In this document: piece after piece, positions 37,331 to 50,999 of the stretch
Position numbering within the stretch: position 1 is the first letter of the stretch
Layout: every line of letters starts with the position of its first letter
Assembly (NCBI RefSeq): GCF_001194135.2
Contig: NC_068983.1
Location: forward strand, 112,984,428 to 113,048,427
Source of the DNA: Octopus bimaculoides
Taxonomy: Eukaryota
DNA length: 64,000 nucleotides
Direction of reading: 5' to 3'
Notes under the pieces: model-generated
Databases searched by the model: none
Seen by the model: the letters and a program-made list of their open reading frames with translations, nothing else
What the model was told of the DNA's origin: nothing
Translations under genes and position numbers: made by a program

Positions 37331-37715
37331 GATGGCACTTACGGTGTGTGTGTGTGTGTGTGTGTGTGTGCATGTACATGGGCGTATTAGTTTTGCCTGT
37401 CTTTATGTCTGTGTTTATATATCACCGCGTAACTACCAATACTGGCTTGTTTACAAGCACTTTGAGCTTAGCAAAATGGATGATAGAATAAGTAACGGTA
37501 CATGAGTACAGGAGGTCGATTTGATAGACCGAAGCCTTCAAAGTGGTTCCCCAGCATGCATGGTGTAGCCTAATGACTGAGAAAAGTAAAAGAATAGAAA
37601 GAATATATATGCACACATGGCGGTACACACTCACACACATAGGATTGGGTATAGAAACAAAATATATATGTATGTAAAAACACATGTATTAAATACATGT
37701 ATGTATGTATGAATG

Positions 37716-37746
<31 letters not shown>

Positions 37747-40700
37747 GCATTTAAGTACATCTTCTCCCGGGGAGGTCAAGTCAAAAACTTGTCTGAGTAT
37801 CGTTTGATATTTCAAATAAATATACGATTTTAGCTTATATGGGAAAATATTGTTTCATCTTGAACAAATGTTTTCGCCTTTATGAAAATTGTTGGTTATA
37901 CCTGAAAATATTTTCGATATTTATTTTGTACTTTTATCCTACTTTCTACATTCCATAAATGTTTTATTTTCAACTTTTCGTCATACACACACGCGCGTGT
38001 GCACTCATGCAAATGCGCACTATATATATATATATNNNNNNNNNNNNNNNNNNNNNNNNNNNNNNNNNNNNNNNNNNNNNNNNNNNNNNNNNNNNNNNNN
38101 NNNNNNNNNNNNNNNNNNNNNNNNNNNNNNNNNNNNNNNNNNNNNNNNNNNNNNNNNNNNATATATACACATATACTGATTTTTTGTTATTTTAAGTTTA
38201 TACCTGTTTAAGACTACATTTTCATTTAATAGTCTTTTATTCCCTGGAAAGTGTTGTTACCATTCCATCATTATTTATTTACGCTACCACTAATGTCTTG
38301 AAGTAAAGTTTGAACGCCACTCGATATCATCTCCTTCGTTCTCCTCGTTCTCCCTTTCTCTCATTCTTTCTGTTTTACTCTCTTTTCTCTGGTTGTGAAT
38401 GTGTCCCTTTTTTCAAAATTACAAAATTTTTTTCAGTTTTATAAGCAACAATGCAAGATTGCTAAACTAATTATGTTTGAGATGATTTAGGAAATAATTG
38501 CTTTTCACTTTCGTACAAAACCTGTAATTTTGTGGGTAGGGAATTTGTCGATATCATCAACCACTTTACTTTATTGATACCGTATTTTATCGAGTCTGGA
38601 AGAATGATGAGGAAAGTTGATCTCGGTGGGATTTGAACAGAGAACGTAAAGCGCCAAAAGAAAGGCTACAAAGCATTTTGGCCGATGTTCTAACGATTCG
38701 GCCAATTCACTCTATTTTGATTTAAACAATTATGGGAAGAAAAGTAATAACAGAGTAAAGAAAAAGCAAAACACTCAGATAATTTACTCTTGTATTTGGT
38801 TAGGCCTAATTACCTTATAACCTTAAATTCAACAAATGTTGACTTCAGCTTTATGCCGATGACCTGCACAAATGATTTGTTTATAATGATCAAATGTTCG
38901 TGCTGCACATTAGCTAACTCTCTCAATCAACTCAACGTTGTCTGAACGGGTGCACTGTGTACCGCGCGTCAAGTGTCAAATTTATAGCAGAGCAACGTGA
39001 GATGAAATGTTTTGTTCAAGAACACAACGCAACGCACCACCCGGTCTGGGAACTGAAATCACGATCTAGCGATCGTGAGTACAGCACCCTAACCACTAAG
39101 CCTCACATACATATATACATACATACGTACGTACATACATACATGCCTACATACACACGTGTATGCATGCATACGTATATACATAAGTACGTACGTATGC
39201 ACGTATATATGCATTTATGTGTATGTATATATATATATATATATCGAGAGAGAGAGAGAGAGAGATTTACCAGTTATGTATGTCAAGTGGTTAAGTAAAC
39301 TATATTCCTTCGATAAAAATTCCTGACCAGTTTACCTCGTTTTTAAACAAGGTATTTAAATTATCGACTGTGAAGCAACACTTACTTTGCTATAAATCTG
39401 AAATCATGGTTCACTTTCAATCTTCATTTGGAATTATTTCCTTTCTTTTGCAACGCTAATGTACTCAAGAGAAAGCATGGACGTTTCACTAAACCCATTT
39501 CTGTTTCGGTATAATATAGAGCTTGGTACTTTCCGAAATGTTAACGATTTCCGAAATTTTGTTCCTTTCAATTTTTTCCACACTTCTGCTTCACTGGATC
39601 ATTTTCACTTCTTTGTGCCAAATGGTATTTTCTAAAATCAATATTTTACTTCTAAGCTTTCGGTATTTCCACCATAAGCGAAAGAGATGATAAACATTTA
39701 ATAAAGACTTTCAATCGGACAGTTAAAATGTTTTTCACAAAGAAAGATTATTTTGACATTAATGTTCGTTTAATATCATATTTCTTTTGATATTAACTCA
39801 TTATACTCTATCGACAGAATAATGCAAAATATAAAACTGTAAGCCGTATATTAAATAAATGAACGAAATACTCTACCATCCTGAATATAATACCATAAAG
39901 CTGGAATTGTCTCAGAATTATCAAGACGAGAGAAAAGTATCAGTCAATAAAAGTTGGTACCAAAAACTTGAAGAAGATAAGGTGTAATAATTCTGGAACC
40001 GAGTGGAAGGAATCAACGAAATCAAAGAAATTTGGTAAACAAAGAATGTCAATAGACTATACAACAGCAAACAAAGTGAGCAATAAGATAAGACTGCTTC
40101 GAAAATCACATATCATTGGAAGGAATCCAGTTGAATTGATAAAAAAGCAACAAGCCGAATGAACACAAAGCTGATATCTGAAAGTAAATCAAGCATGTAA
40201 TGTAATATAATATACTAAGGAAACAGAATTATTCTATGACACTATTATGTCCATGGCATTTGTATCGGTGGGCATTTAATAAGTTATGCCAGCAGGTTGT
40301 ATTACCAATGATGCTTTCTATGTAACAACATTTGTCGCATGTTATGTTCTGCAACCCAAAGCATTACATTCATCAATCCAAATCAATAGTAATGGTGTTA
40401 TAGAGCATTACGATATATGCCATACAACACAAAAATATTTGAACCATATTCCGTTAACGAGTTCCTAGGAAATTGATATGGCGTTCAATGTATATCCACA
40501 AATATCCTAAATTGCAGGATCATTCGTCTGAGTCACAAACTTCTCTCGGCATAACTAAAACACTAGCTCATAGACATGTGGTTTCCTCTATTTAATTTTT
40601 CTACCACCATTACAAGAGCATTTATCTATCCATCTATTTATTTATCCTCAAATGTATATATATATAGTTGAAATTTATAGAAAAACAAAAGACGAAAACA

Positions 40701-40756
40701 GGCGTATGAACAACAAGCAAGTGTAATAGTTTGACGCAGGGGAAAAGTGAAAAAGT

Positions 40757-40792
40757 CTTTTACGTTTCAAGCCTACGCTCTTCCACAGAAAG
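40757..40792 (-). ncRNA. Hammerhead-like motif with a variant core (CUGUGGA)
   Basis: Minus strand CTTT-CTGTGGA-A-GAGC-GTAG-GCTT-GAAA-CGTA-AAAG gives a 4-bp stem I (CTTT/AAAG), a 4-bp stem II, a palindromic ACGT stem III and a GTA cleavage triplet. A6 is replaced by U. Confidence 0.5.
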
Positions 40793-40859
40793 GAATAAGA
40801 GAAAATAGAGAGAGAATGAAAGAATCTTGTAGATTTCAGCGCTCCAACATGTATATATA

Positions 40860-41212
40860 CAGGGTGCGGTGAATGAAATATCGTTTAAATTACGCAACAA
40901 TAAAAAAATAACAATGACATCTCATTTTAACAGATATATTTACCAAAATTGCATTAAAATATCTTGAAATACTAAAGAGTAAATTTATTCAATAAAATTG
41001 CCATTGGCATCAACCACTGCCTCCAGACGATTTCGGAACCTCTTTCAACTTTTCTGGACGGTATTCTTGTTTAAATTGGTGAAAGCTGCCATAATCTTTG
41101 CTTTCAGTTCATCTTTGGTGTTAGAAGGAGTTTTGTTGGTCTCTCGCTCAACTATACCCCAGACATAATAATCAAAGGAGTTGCAGTCTGGGGCGTTAGG
41201 TGACCAGATTTT
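40860..41212 (-). mobile_element. 3' end of a Tc1/mariner transposon (transposase C-terminus plus TIR, TA flank)
   Basis: TA|CAGGGTGCGGTG TIR. Minus-strand WSPNAPDCNSFDYYVWGIVERETNKTP resembles the SPDLNPxD motif, with Asp as the third catalytic residue. Confidence 0.85.
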
Positions 41213-41269
41213 AGTGGTGGTGTGGTAGTATATATGCATACACATATACACACTCAGACTTATATTTGT

Positions 41270-41305
<36 letters not shown>

Positions 41306-41410
41306 NNNNNNNNNNNNNNNNNNNNNNNNNNNNNNNNNNNNNNNNNNNNATATAAAAGAATATTTTAAAGAAACGTGTGTACTCATATTAATATATGCAC
41401 ATGTGTAGAC

Positions 41411-41723
41411 GCATAGTTTAGTGGTTAGGGTATTCAGCACGCAATCGTAAGGATGTGATTTCAATTTCTGGTGACGCGTTGTGCCCTTGAGCAAGACACT
41501 TTATTTCCCGTTGCTCCAGTCCATTCAGCTGGCAAAAAAATGAGTAGTACCTGTATTTCAAAGGTCCAGCCTTGCCACACTCTATGTCACTCTGAATCTC
41601 TCCAAGAACAATGTATTGAGTACACGTGTCTGCGAAGTGCTCAACCACTTACACTTTAATTTCACGAGCAGGCTGTTCCGTTGATTGGATCAACTGGGAC
41701 CCCCATCAGCGTAACCGACGGAG
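41411..41723 (+). mobile_element. tRNA-derived SINE, family C
   Basis: Head GCATAGTTTAGTGGTTAGGGTATTC with GTGCCCTTGAGCAAGACACTTTATTTC...GCTCCAGTCCATTCAGCTGG. Related copies at 45168-45365 (-), 38830-39100 (-), 31843-32130 (+) and 18590-18790 (-). Confidence 0.8.
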
Positions 41724-41743
41724 TATCAGTTATGTGGACAAAA

Positions 41744-41950
41744 TGGTGAGCTGGCAGAATCTTTAGCACGCCGGACGAAGTGCTTAAAGGCATTTCGTTC
41801 GTCTTTACGTTCTGAGTTGAATTTCCGCCGGCATCGGCTTTGCCTTTCCCCTTTCGAGGTCGATAAAATAGGTACCAGCTGAACACTGGGGTCGATTTAA
41901 TCGACTTAGACCCTATCTCAAACCTGCTGTCCTTGTACCAAAATTTGAAA
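41744..41950 (+). mobile_element. tRNA-derived SINE, family B
   Basis: GGTGAGCTGGCAGAATC...GTTCTGAGTTGAATTTCCGCC...GAGGTCGATAAAATAGGTACC...CCAAAATTTGAAA. At least 8 related copies occur in the window. Confidence 0.85.
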
Positions 41951-42505
41951 CTAATATATGTCTATATGAGTGTGTATATGTGCGTAGCCAATTACTCAAA
42001 CAAGCATACGCAATCATTCTATCAAATTTAGTTTATGATATTTATTCAATACTTCTCTCTCAATTCATCTAATGCAAACGTTTATAGTTGCATAGAAATA
42101 ATGTTATTTACATATGTTTATTGTTATTGTAAATCACAGCAAAGGTATAATATACCTAATTTTTGGTGGGTGGGGTTGAGTAGATAAATCTCTCACACCA
42201 ACCTATTTTATCTATTACAGAAATATTGCCTGTAATTGCTTTCAAACAACAGAGCGCTCATGGTAATATGTTTTTGCTTTAATTTATATTTAGTTACATA
42301 TCTTACTTTTTGTACTATCACTTTCATTGTACTTCCGATATTCAATAATTAAGAAGGTTAATTAGTCCGCATACCATTGCGGCCATTCAAAGAAGTAAAA
42401 TAAAACACGTTTGTTTGCAATGAGGGTGGTAAATTTATATATGTAAGTGGTGTGTATGTGTGTGCGTATATATATATATGTATATATGTATATATACATA
42501 CATAC

Positions 42506-42537
<32 letters not shown>

Positions 42538-43844
42538 CCAATGTTGTAGCAAATGCTTATTAATTCTTTAACATGTATCTAATTGGTTTCGTTTATGTTT
42601 CCAGTTGTGTGCTTTCTTCGATTAGCTGTTTCTTGTAGATTTTCAAATAAAAGCTGTTAAGTTGGTTCTTTGATATTATATTATTCCATTAGATCTCTAC
42701 TGCTGATGTTATTGTATTGTTTACATTTTGTCTTCCGCTTTTACTTTCTTGTTTTGTTTTTATTTACAGCTCACATTCTTAGTAATATGTTGAGATGTGA
42801 CAAAATATATGACGGACCTGATACTACTCATTTTCATTTCTCTGCCTTACGTTGTTGAGTTTAAATCAGTATAATCAAGGTGAACTCTTGGTTTTGTTTT
42901 GCTTAGTTTCTTTTTTTATTTTTGTTTTCCTTTTTCGTGCAGAGGTCGATCAATTACGTTCCAGTCGTGCAATGACGTTAATTGAATCCAATCTGCCTTG
43001 ACTTAATTAACGTCATTGCGCAACTGAATGCGGTTGAAATAACACTAAATTAAAATAGCCAGCAGTGTACCACACACACACACTCACATACATACACATC
43101 CACAAACATATACATAATACGTATATGCATATATTTGATTAATGAGAGAGAGGGAAGATGGAAGATACGAGAATGTTTATTAATCACAATTGTTTCGACC
43201 CATCTAGCATCGATCCCTTACGGGTGAGATATTCAACTAGTTTAGGAGAATCCCTCACTGTAGATATGTCTCTTCTGGTGATTAGAAGATGTTGGGTTTG
43301 TCTATAGAAAAGCATCAAATTAAAGGATACAGCTTCATTTTTATAGAAGATCAATTACACAATAGAGCGAAAATAGTATTAAATATAACCGTTAACAGAT
43401 ATGGGTGTAGAAATGCCGTCGCTTAGGTTGTATGTCGCACATACACTCGCTCGTGCAAACATCCACGAAGATATAAGCATACACACACGCGTGATTTGGC
43501 GTACATACGCTCACACAGCGAATTAAATAGCTAATTAATGTTTATAATAACGAGGAGGCTAGAGTTAAATTTAATTCATCCATACCTTAAAGTAAATTAT
43601 GATTATTAATTTGGTTAACGGTTACTCAAATTCATTCCCACTGCATTGTGCGAAAGTGCATTCATAAGTGTGTAAGCATTTTGAGAGTTTTTAATAAATT
43701 CTATTAATGACCTTCTCATTGGTCCACAAAATAGAAAGGAATTCCTAGGAGCAGAGTCTGCATCTTCTGGAAAGGATAATGTATGGCTGTGCGTGCCTAA
43801 TTATGGACCATATATATATGAGTGTATATATATATATACATACA

Positions 43845-44386
43845 TACAACAGATCATCAACGTACAATGGGAAGATCATGTTACCAACAACGAGGTTCTT
43901 CGCCGTGCCTCACTACCAAGTGTCGAAGCTACCATTCTACGCCATAGTCTCTGCTGGGTGAGTTACGTCCAGTGTATGGCGCTCTCTCGTCTCCCAAAGA
44001 TCATGCCCTACGGAGAACTTGCAATCGGAACAAGACCCAGAGGAAGTCTGAAATTCCGTTTTAAAGACCAGCTCAAATGGACCTTGTCTCAAGCTAACAT
44101 TCAGCCATTCTCACGGGAACAGATTGCCATCGATAGGACAGCCTGGAGGACTGCTATCCGCAATGGAGCCAGCTCTTTCGTGCAGAACAGACTGAGGAGG
44201 CAAAACGCAGGAGAAGAAAGGAGCGTCTTCAACATCCTCGACCTGTGCCGACCATCCTGTGCGAGTTCTGCCCACGACTCTTTCACCACCGACTTGGACT
44301 CCAAAGTCACTTTCAGCACAAACATCAGCTGAGGAGACTGGATGGAAACTGACGAACCCAATGCTCGGATACGAGCTGGAGCCGAC

Positions 44387-44388
<2 letters not shown>
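43845..44388 (+). mobile_element. 3' end of an RTE-clade LINE (5'-truncated)
   Basis: IINVQWEDHVTNNEVLRRASLPSVEATILRHSLCWVSYV...RLPKIMPYGELAIGTRPRGSLKFRFKDQLK...DRTAWR is the classic RTE C-terminal region; a (CA)n tail follows. Confidence 0.9.
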
Positions 44389-44418
<30 letters not shown>

Positions 44419-47400
44419 NNNNNNNNNNNNNNNNNNNNNNNNNNNNNNNNNNNNNNNNNNNNNNNNNNNNNNNNNNNNNNNNNNNNNNNNNNNNNNNNNN
44501 NNNNNNNNNNNNNNNNNNNNNTAGACGAAATTTGTCCCCTCCAATTACATAACAGTGAATAATACAGTCATTGATATTGCTGGAATCTTGCCGGGTTTTA
44601 TAAAAATCGGTGTATGCAAATGAAAAAGCATCAAATTAAAATAGCTATATCAGTGCACATACATACCATCTATATATGTTTTTGCAAACAAATATATACA
44701 AGTTATTTGATACAGACACAGCATATTAAACGCAAGAAATTCTATTGCCATTACGGCAAGAGAGTATTGGCGCTCTGCGCTCTCTAGAGATGAACCTATT
44801 GGATTTATTTCTTTTGTCAACAGTTTTCATTCACCTTTGGAATTTATTTCTATCTTCGCTATTGATATTTATAGTTTTCACGTTTCACTCACTATTTATT
44901 TTAACGCAACTAAGTGAGACTTCAATCTCGACTTTAATTCTCCTTATTTTACTCACATTTGGACTGTCATTATTCTCTTCTCACAATTCCTCTCCTTTGT
45001 CGACTGCATTGTAAAGGCTCGGATTGTCCTTACAAATATGAGGAAATGTATTATTTCTTATTAGCAAAAGAAATCTCTGGAAGACTAGTTAAATCTGTCA
45101 AAACCATTTACACATATAATCTCTGTAAACAAAAAAAGACTTCTCGAGTCATGCCGACTCATAAGGGCCGCTTTCCTGGTTTCCATTGTGTATAAATTAC
45201 CAACCTGGACGGGACGCTTGTAGGATTACACATTTTCGCCAGCTGAGTGGACTGGAGCAACATGAATGAAGTATTTTGCCCAAAAATACAACACGCCGCC
45301 CGGTCCAGGAATCGAAACTACAATTTTACGGTCATGAATTCAACACTCCTAGCCACTAAGCCACGCGCCTTCACATAACTTCTGAAGGTTTACACCAAGC
45401 GGATACACTCACAGAAAGATTTCTCTTTTCCACAATTTTTTATCTGCCCCACTGCAAATCTTATTCCCTTTCATTTCTACTTCTAACTGTTCCTTTCCTT
45501 TCTGAATCTCACCTACTCTGACTCTCTACACACTGGGTTCAAATCTCACCGGGGTTAACTTTGCTCTCCATCCTTGCGGAATCGATAAAAAGTATCAAGT
45601 ACTGGTGATGGATCAGCAGAACTGTAAGAATGTCGGACTCGATATCTTGTGGTATCTGTTCCAAGTATTTGCTTTCTTACTTAAAATTCCACCATGGCCA
45701 AATTGGGCGTTAGATTTAATCCGTTGCTCGATGTAGTACCTCCAACTTGAACTTTATGTCTACCGTTAGCTGAGTTCCCTCTGTTGCTTACACTTGGGCC
45801 AGGTTTCCGGTTTGAAGATATCTTCCAGCTTTCCATCACCTCGGAAGCCCTCAAAAGTGTCAGGAGTTCTACTTTTCTTCCTGCATAAAAGATAAAATGC
45901 AACCTATATAATAACCTCTTGTAATAAATAACCCAGCACAATGTAAACGCTTTTATGTATATTACACGTGTCGTTTTACTTTCAACCGTGCATTCATAAC
46001 TGGTCTCAAAGTTTCATTTCTTGTCACTGAACCCAAACGTCTTGTCTAGTGTAAATTTGTAATTCACTGTCTGTGGACGAAACTGAACATTGTTTAAATG
46101 ACGAATTTCATGAACATTTTCATGATAATTGTAATGACATTGAAGCAATCTTCAAATCGATGGCTAAACATTTTACTTCAACCATTCTTTCAATAAATTC
46201 ACTCTTTCTCCCCGTCTCTTTCCCTCTTTCTCCCCACTTTCTCACTCTTTTTTTTCTCTGTGGAATTGTCTTACATCACATCTCAACCTTCACTCGTTAA
46301 TACAAGAAGTAAAATTAAATCTTCATAATAGGTTTCCTCGCCCACAGGTACTAAGATCTCTCATTCTCCCAGTCCACACACATCTATAATTTTTTTCATA
46401 TTCAACCGAGTAAAAGCGATCAGTAAAGCACTCTACCTTTTCACATCAGTATCATCAGTATAAATGAACATACGTGATTACACACCTACATACTCACATA
46501 TTGACCACTTATTCCTTCAACGCTTCTCAATTCTGCTAAAGTTTCTTTTATCCTCTTTCTTTCTCTCTGTCTCATTCTCCATCTCTCTCCCTCTTTTCTT
46601 CTTCCTCCAACAACCTTGCATCAGCTGTCTCCCATCTATCACTAATCGTAATTTAGTTATTCTTTGACACCTATAGACATTGTTTTCTTCACCGACGACG
46701 ATAAATTTATATTTTAAACGTTAAGGAAATATATTTCCTTTTAAAATTGTTTGTAAAGAAAAATTTCATACTCTAAAAATCAGATTAATCTGTTCAATTT
46801 CATTTGACATCAAAGTAACTTGGATTAGCATCTGAAAATAACGTATCAAGACAACCAAACTCTCAAACGGAATATCAGAAATTCATAGCATTGACATTGA
46901 TGACAGTCTGGTGAGAAGCTGGAGTATTTTTTATTTATTTTGACAGATAAAATTATAGTTTAAAGCAGAGTAATTCAATTTACAATCTGTATTTTCTTGA
47001 AAAACCAAACCCAGAGAACTGGTAAGGTAACTCCAAGAATCATAGCCGATGGAGAACATTTACGGCTATATACGCCTAACTGTACATGAACGAGACATAA
47101 TTCAGCAATATATGGCGTAAATGAACAGTTTGTTGCGCTTGTATATGAAGTTAGTCTGAAATTCCCGCGCAAAGCTGCCTAAGGAAACAAAGAGCAATTA
47201 TGGTTAAGTTTTACTCTAGTCTAAGCAATCATGGTTAACAGTTTTACCCTATGTTGGATTAACTTTTGTTACCATGTACGTTCCTCACTTTTGTCGGAAG
47301 GCTGTGTTACCGGATAAAAAGTAGTTATTTTTAAAAATGAACGGAAGGCCAACTACAATAAATTTTCTATCTATACCTTCTAGCACTTCACAATTAAATT

Positions 47401-48626
47401 AATTTTACCAGTAATTAATAGCATCGATTCCATAATTGTGTGGTGAAATGTACTATATATCAAATGTTACAATATAATTATTTTCGTTTGTGGTATTAAG
47501 AAGTTGGTTTGAATATATCAAGATCATCTCGTATAAAGATTTGTATGTGCTCGATGAAATACTTTAGTAGAATGTCTAGGAAGGTACTTAAGTGATGTGT
47601 ATTTTGCAATACAGGCCTGCTACGATTGGTAGCAGTTTTAAATCCGTTGTCGAGGGCATGTTCAAACAATTTATCTTCTCTCTTTCACATGTTTTATTAG
47701 TTAGTTTATTATGTATTTTAGGTAATCTATAGAAATTGCTTGTATTATATTAGAAATTTGAAAGTTAATCAGCTCTCTATCAGTTGAGGAATTTTGATAA
47801 GCGTTTATTAAAAGGGTGAGTAGTTTTATAATCTTCAAATTTGTAAGCTTTGGTTTCTTCATAGAGCAAATTGTCCTATAATATATTTAGTACAATATTC
47901 GAGCAATATGATTCAACAAGAAGTGAAACACTCTTGTCTGATTACTTCACAACTATATTTTTCTCAAGTTTCAAACGTTTAAGGTAGACCCATTCTTGTC
48001 TACTAAAACTGGATTTTATTTGTTTTGCTATCACTTTATCAGTGTGTTCTACTGAAACACGCTGATTCTTTTGAAATATATTGGCAGATTTCATCAAAAG
48101 CTGTATTTGTTTCTCTTTTATTTTTAATTAAGATTTCTTCATCATTATCCTGTTAAAATATAGCCCCTCTGATGATGTAAATTTTCTCAAAAGTTCTACA
48201 ATGTCATCTTTAATTTCGAATACATTTGATATTTGACGGGTTGATCACTTCCTAAGTATGATATTTGCTTAGTCAATGCTAGAATATTTTTGACTCAATT
48301 TTTGGAATGTGATCCCTATATTGTCAGTTTTTGTTCAGAAAACGATTGTTAAAGTGAGGATCGCCTACTATACTCATATTAGTTATGATTATGTTTCAGT
48401 AAAACATTTTTAACATGAAAACTCTTGTGAAAAAACAAAATTATTTATTTTAATTTCATAGATATAAAGTATTTGTCTCCTATGTTAAAAAATAAAACTT
48501 ATCTTATTCAAATATATAGAATATTTGGCACATTTTCAAAACATTTTCATTATTTTTAACACACACATACGTATGTGTATGTATGTATAATTATAGCTAT
48601 GCACATAGGCAAACACTCATCCATAT

Positions 48627-48762
48627 GTGTATGTATGTATGTATGTATGTATGCATGCATGTATGTATGTATTTATGTATGTGTAAATGTATGTATGTAT
48701 GCATGTATGTATGTACGTATGTATGTATGTATGTATGTATGTATGTATGTATGTATGTATGT
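48627..48762. repeat. (TATG)n compound microsatellite
   Basis: Degenerate tetranucleotide run; source of the spurious ORFs at 48575-48858. Confidence 0.9.
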
Positions 48763-49270
48763 TTGCATGCTTGTATGTGTATGCGAAACAGCTCGTCCAT
48801 AAAATTTGTTTTATTTCCCAGTAAGGCATATCTCATCTTTATAGTGATAAATATGTAATTCTTGAAGGTTTTAATTAGAAAATTATTTACTATTTGTTCT
48901 TTCTTCTCTCATGGTACATTTCTAAAACTAGTTTTTATTGGTATTAATATTTTATTGCTATTATTATCTTCTAAGTACAATGTATCACCTCATGTAAACT
49001 AATGTATTGGTTCTATTTGTTGAATTGTATTGTAAGTAGATATTGTTTATTTTCTTTAAATATAATTGTGTTTTTGTTGTTTATTCTTGATACTTTCCTT
49101 GACTGCTCTCACTCAGTTCCGCTTAAATAGTTTTGCAATATACAGATTTTTCAATAAAAGTCAAGACATAGCTTGATATCCAAATTGTCAGGTTTAGTTT
49201 AATAGCAATATTTTATTTGTCTTATTACTATTTCTTCTATTAAATGTTTTGTTTCCTTTACTTTTCACAG

Positions 49271-49314
49271 AATGTAAGAGCTGCGTCCATATCTTTTGAA
49301 ACTTGGTGATACAG
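49271..49314 (+). other. Candidate non-coding exon (UTR or lncRNA)
   Basis: Very strong acceptor ttttgtttcctttacttttcacag| and donor CAG|gtgagt; 44 nt, with a stop codon in all three frames. Confidence 0.45.
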
Positions 49315-50498
49315 GTGAGTGTAACATAATCTTATGTTCCTCTTTGAAATTTTGAAGCTAAAAGCTACGTAAAAAACACTTGCTTAGAGCAGTAATTCCA
49401 TCAAGATGAAGGTCTGAAGAGGAAGGACAGACCATAATATATGGTGTATGTCTTCATGTTCGGTGTTGGGTAGAAAACTGGAGACATGAACAGCAGGGGC
49501 TAACTCCAAAGAACAGGGCAACTAATACAGCCACACAGTGGTCATAGAATGAAAATAAAAAGTTTATAGGATAATGATTATGGTGTTGTATTAAGCGACT
49601 TCATAATAATTAGTTAGGAGGTTATATTTTGGATACTGAATAGCGTCTAATTCTGACTCTGTGTCTAGCAGCCGCAGTAATAACCTATGTATAATTGTCT
49701 TCCATTACGTGTCTCATCTAAGTTTTGTTGTTGGGGTGTGAAAGAGGAAAGTTACCCTCTCTGACGTTGTCTTTGCTATTTTGAGGATATGCGATCACAA
49801 AGAGAAGTTTTCATTGATGTTGAGTTTTAATATTTAAAAGCAGCGCGAGGGCTTTCAGTGATTGTTGTTCAAGTTTTCAAATATCCCGGGGGGTACGATT
49901 ATATCTGGCTTATATATGTGCGGTTTATGCTGAACAACTTCATATAAGACAATGTTTTCGAAATTGTTTTCAAATTGTTAGGTTTGTTAGCATTCAGTAT
50001 ATACTACCATGTAGATCTATAATCAGAGACATCACAGTAGTGAGTATGCCGTTTTATGGTAATACAGAATAACGGTATGAAATGTAGATGTTGCAAATTT
50101 AATATGACAGAATGTGGTCTGAGAAATATACAGCTGCAATTTGTATCAGGTAGCATGACGGCTAGAGCTTCATTGTTGGCTTTTTGCTATGTATATTGAT
50201 AGTGTCTTGTTCTAACTTAACCATCTAAATAGTATCCATCCTATGATTCAAAAGAAAACAAAATTAGGAAATTTATAAAAATGATTATTCAGTTGCTACA
50301 TTGAGGTAATCGAGTGGCTATGAAAAATTGCCCGTGCTGCTATCAGTCAGCCAGTTATTTTGAAATCATCGCAAAACAATTTACAAAATTTATCTTAAGT
50401 GTAGTTATTGTCAATGTAAATTAATTTTGAATATAAAATCCATAAGTTCTATATTTTATGTTTATCAAATATACACATTTGGATATAATGTCAAACAT

Positions 50499-50563
<65 letters not shown>

Positions 50564-50999
50564 TCGGGCGGGTGGCTAGGAGCACGTATATGTATATATG
50601 TATTCATTTATTTATGTGCGTACTTACAATTGGGCTCTCACCAGACAGATTTTCGGTGAAAGAAATATTGTTGCTTTAGACATTAGCAAAACTTTTAACT
50701 CTGTTTGACATGCACATTTCCTATCAAGTCATCCTGTCTACAAGCTGCAGTCATATCTCATTTCTTGCATTGTTATTTTTCTATAAGTTTGTGCCATCGC
50801 GGCATGAGTTGACGGAATTCTTTCCGCCCCACTCACACTTAACTCTAATGTTAAGCAGGTTTCAGTTTTGTCCTCCACTTTCTTCCATCCGTACATCGTA
50901 GATCTTTTGATACCATATCAGGCAACGACTAATTTTATGCAAATAACATAACCTGTTATTCCTCCTAATTTTTCTCAACCATGCATCATCTATATGCAA

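Noticed and set aside
49271-49314. Selenocysteine reading of the in-frame TGA (…ETW-TGA-YR)
   Set aside because: No recognisable selenoprotein motif, and I saw no SECIS element.
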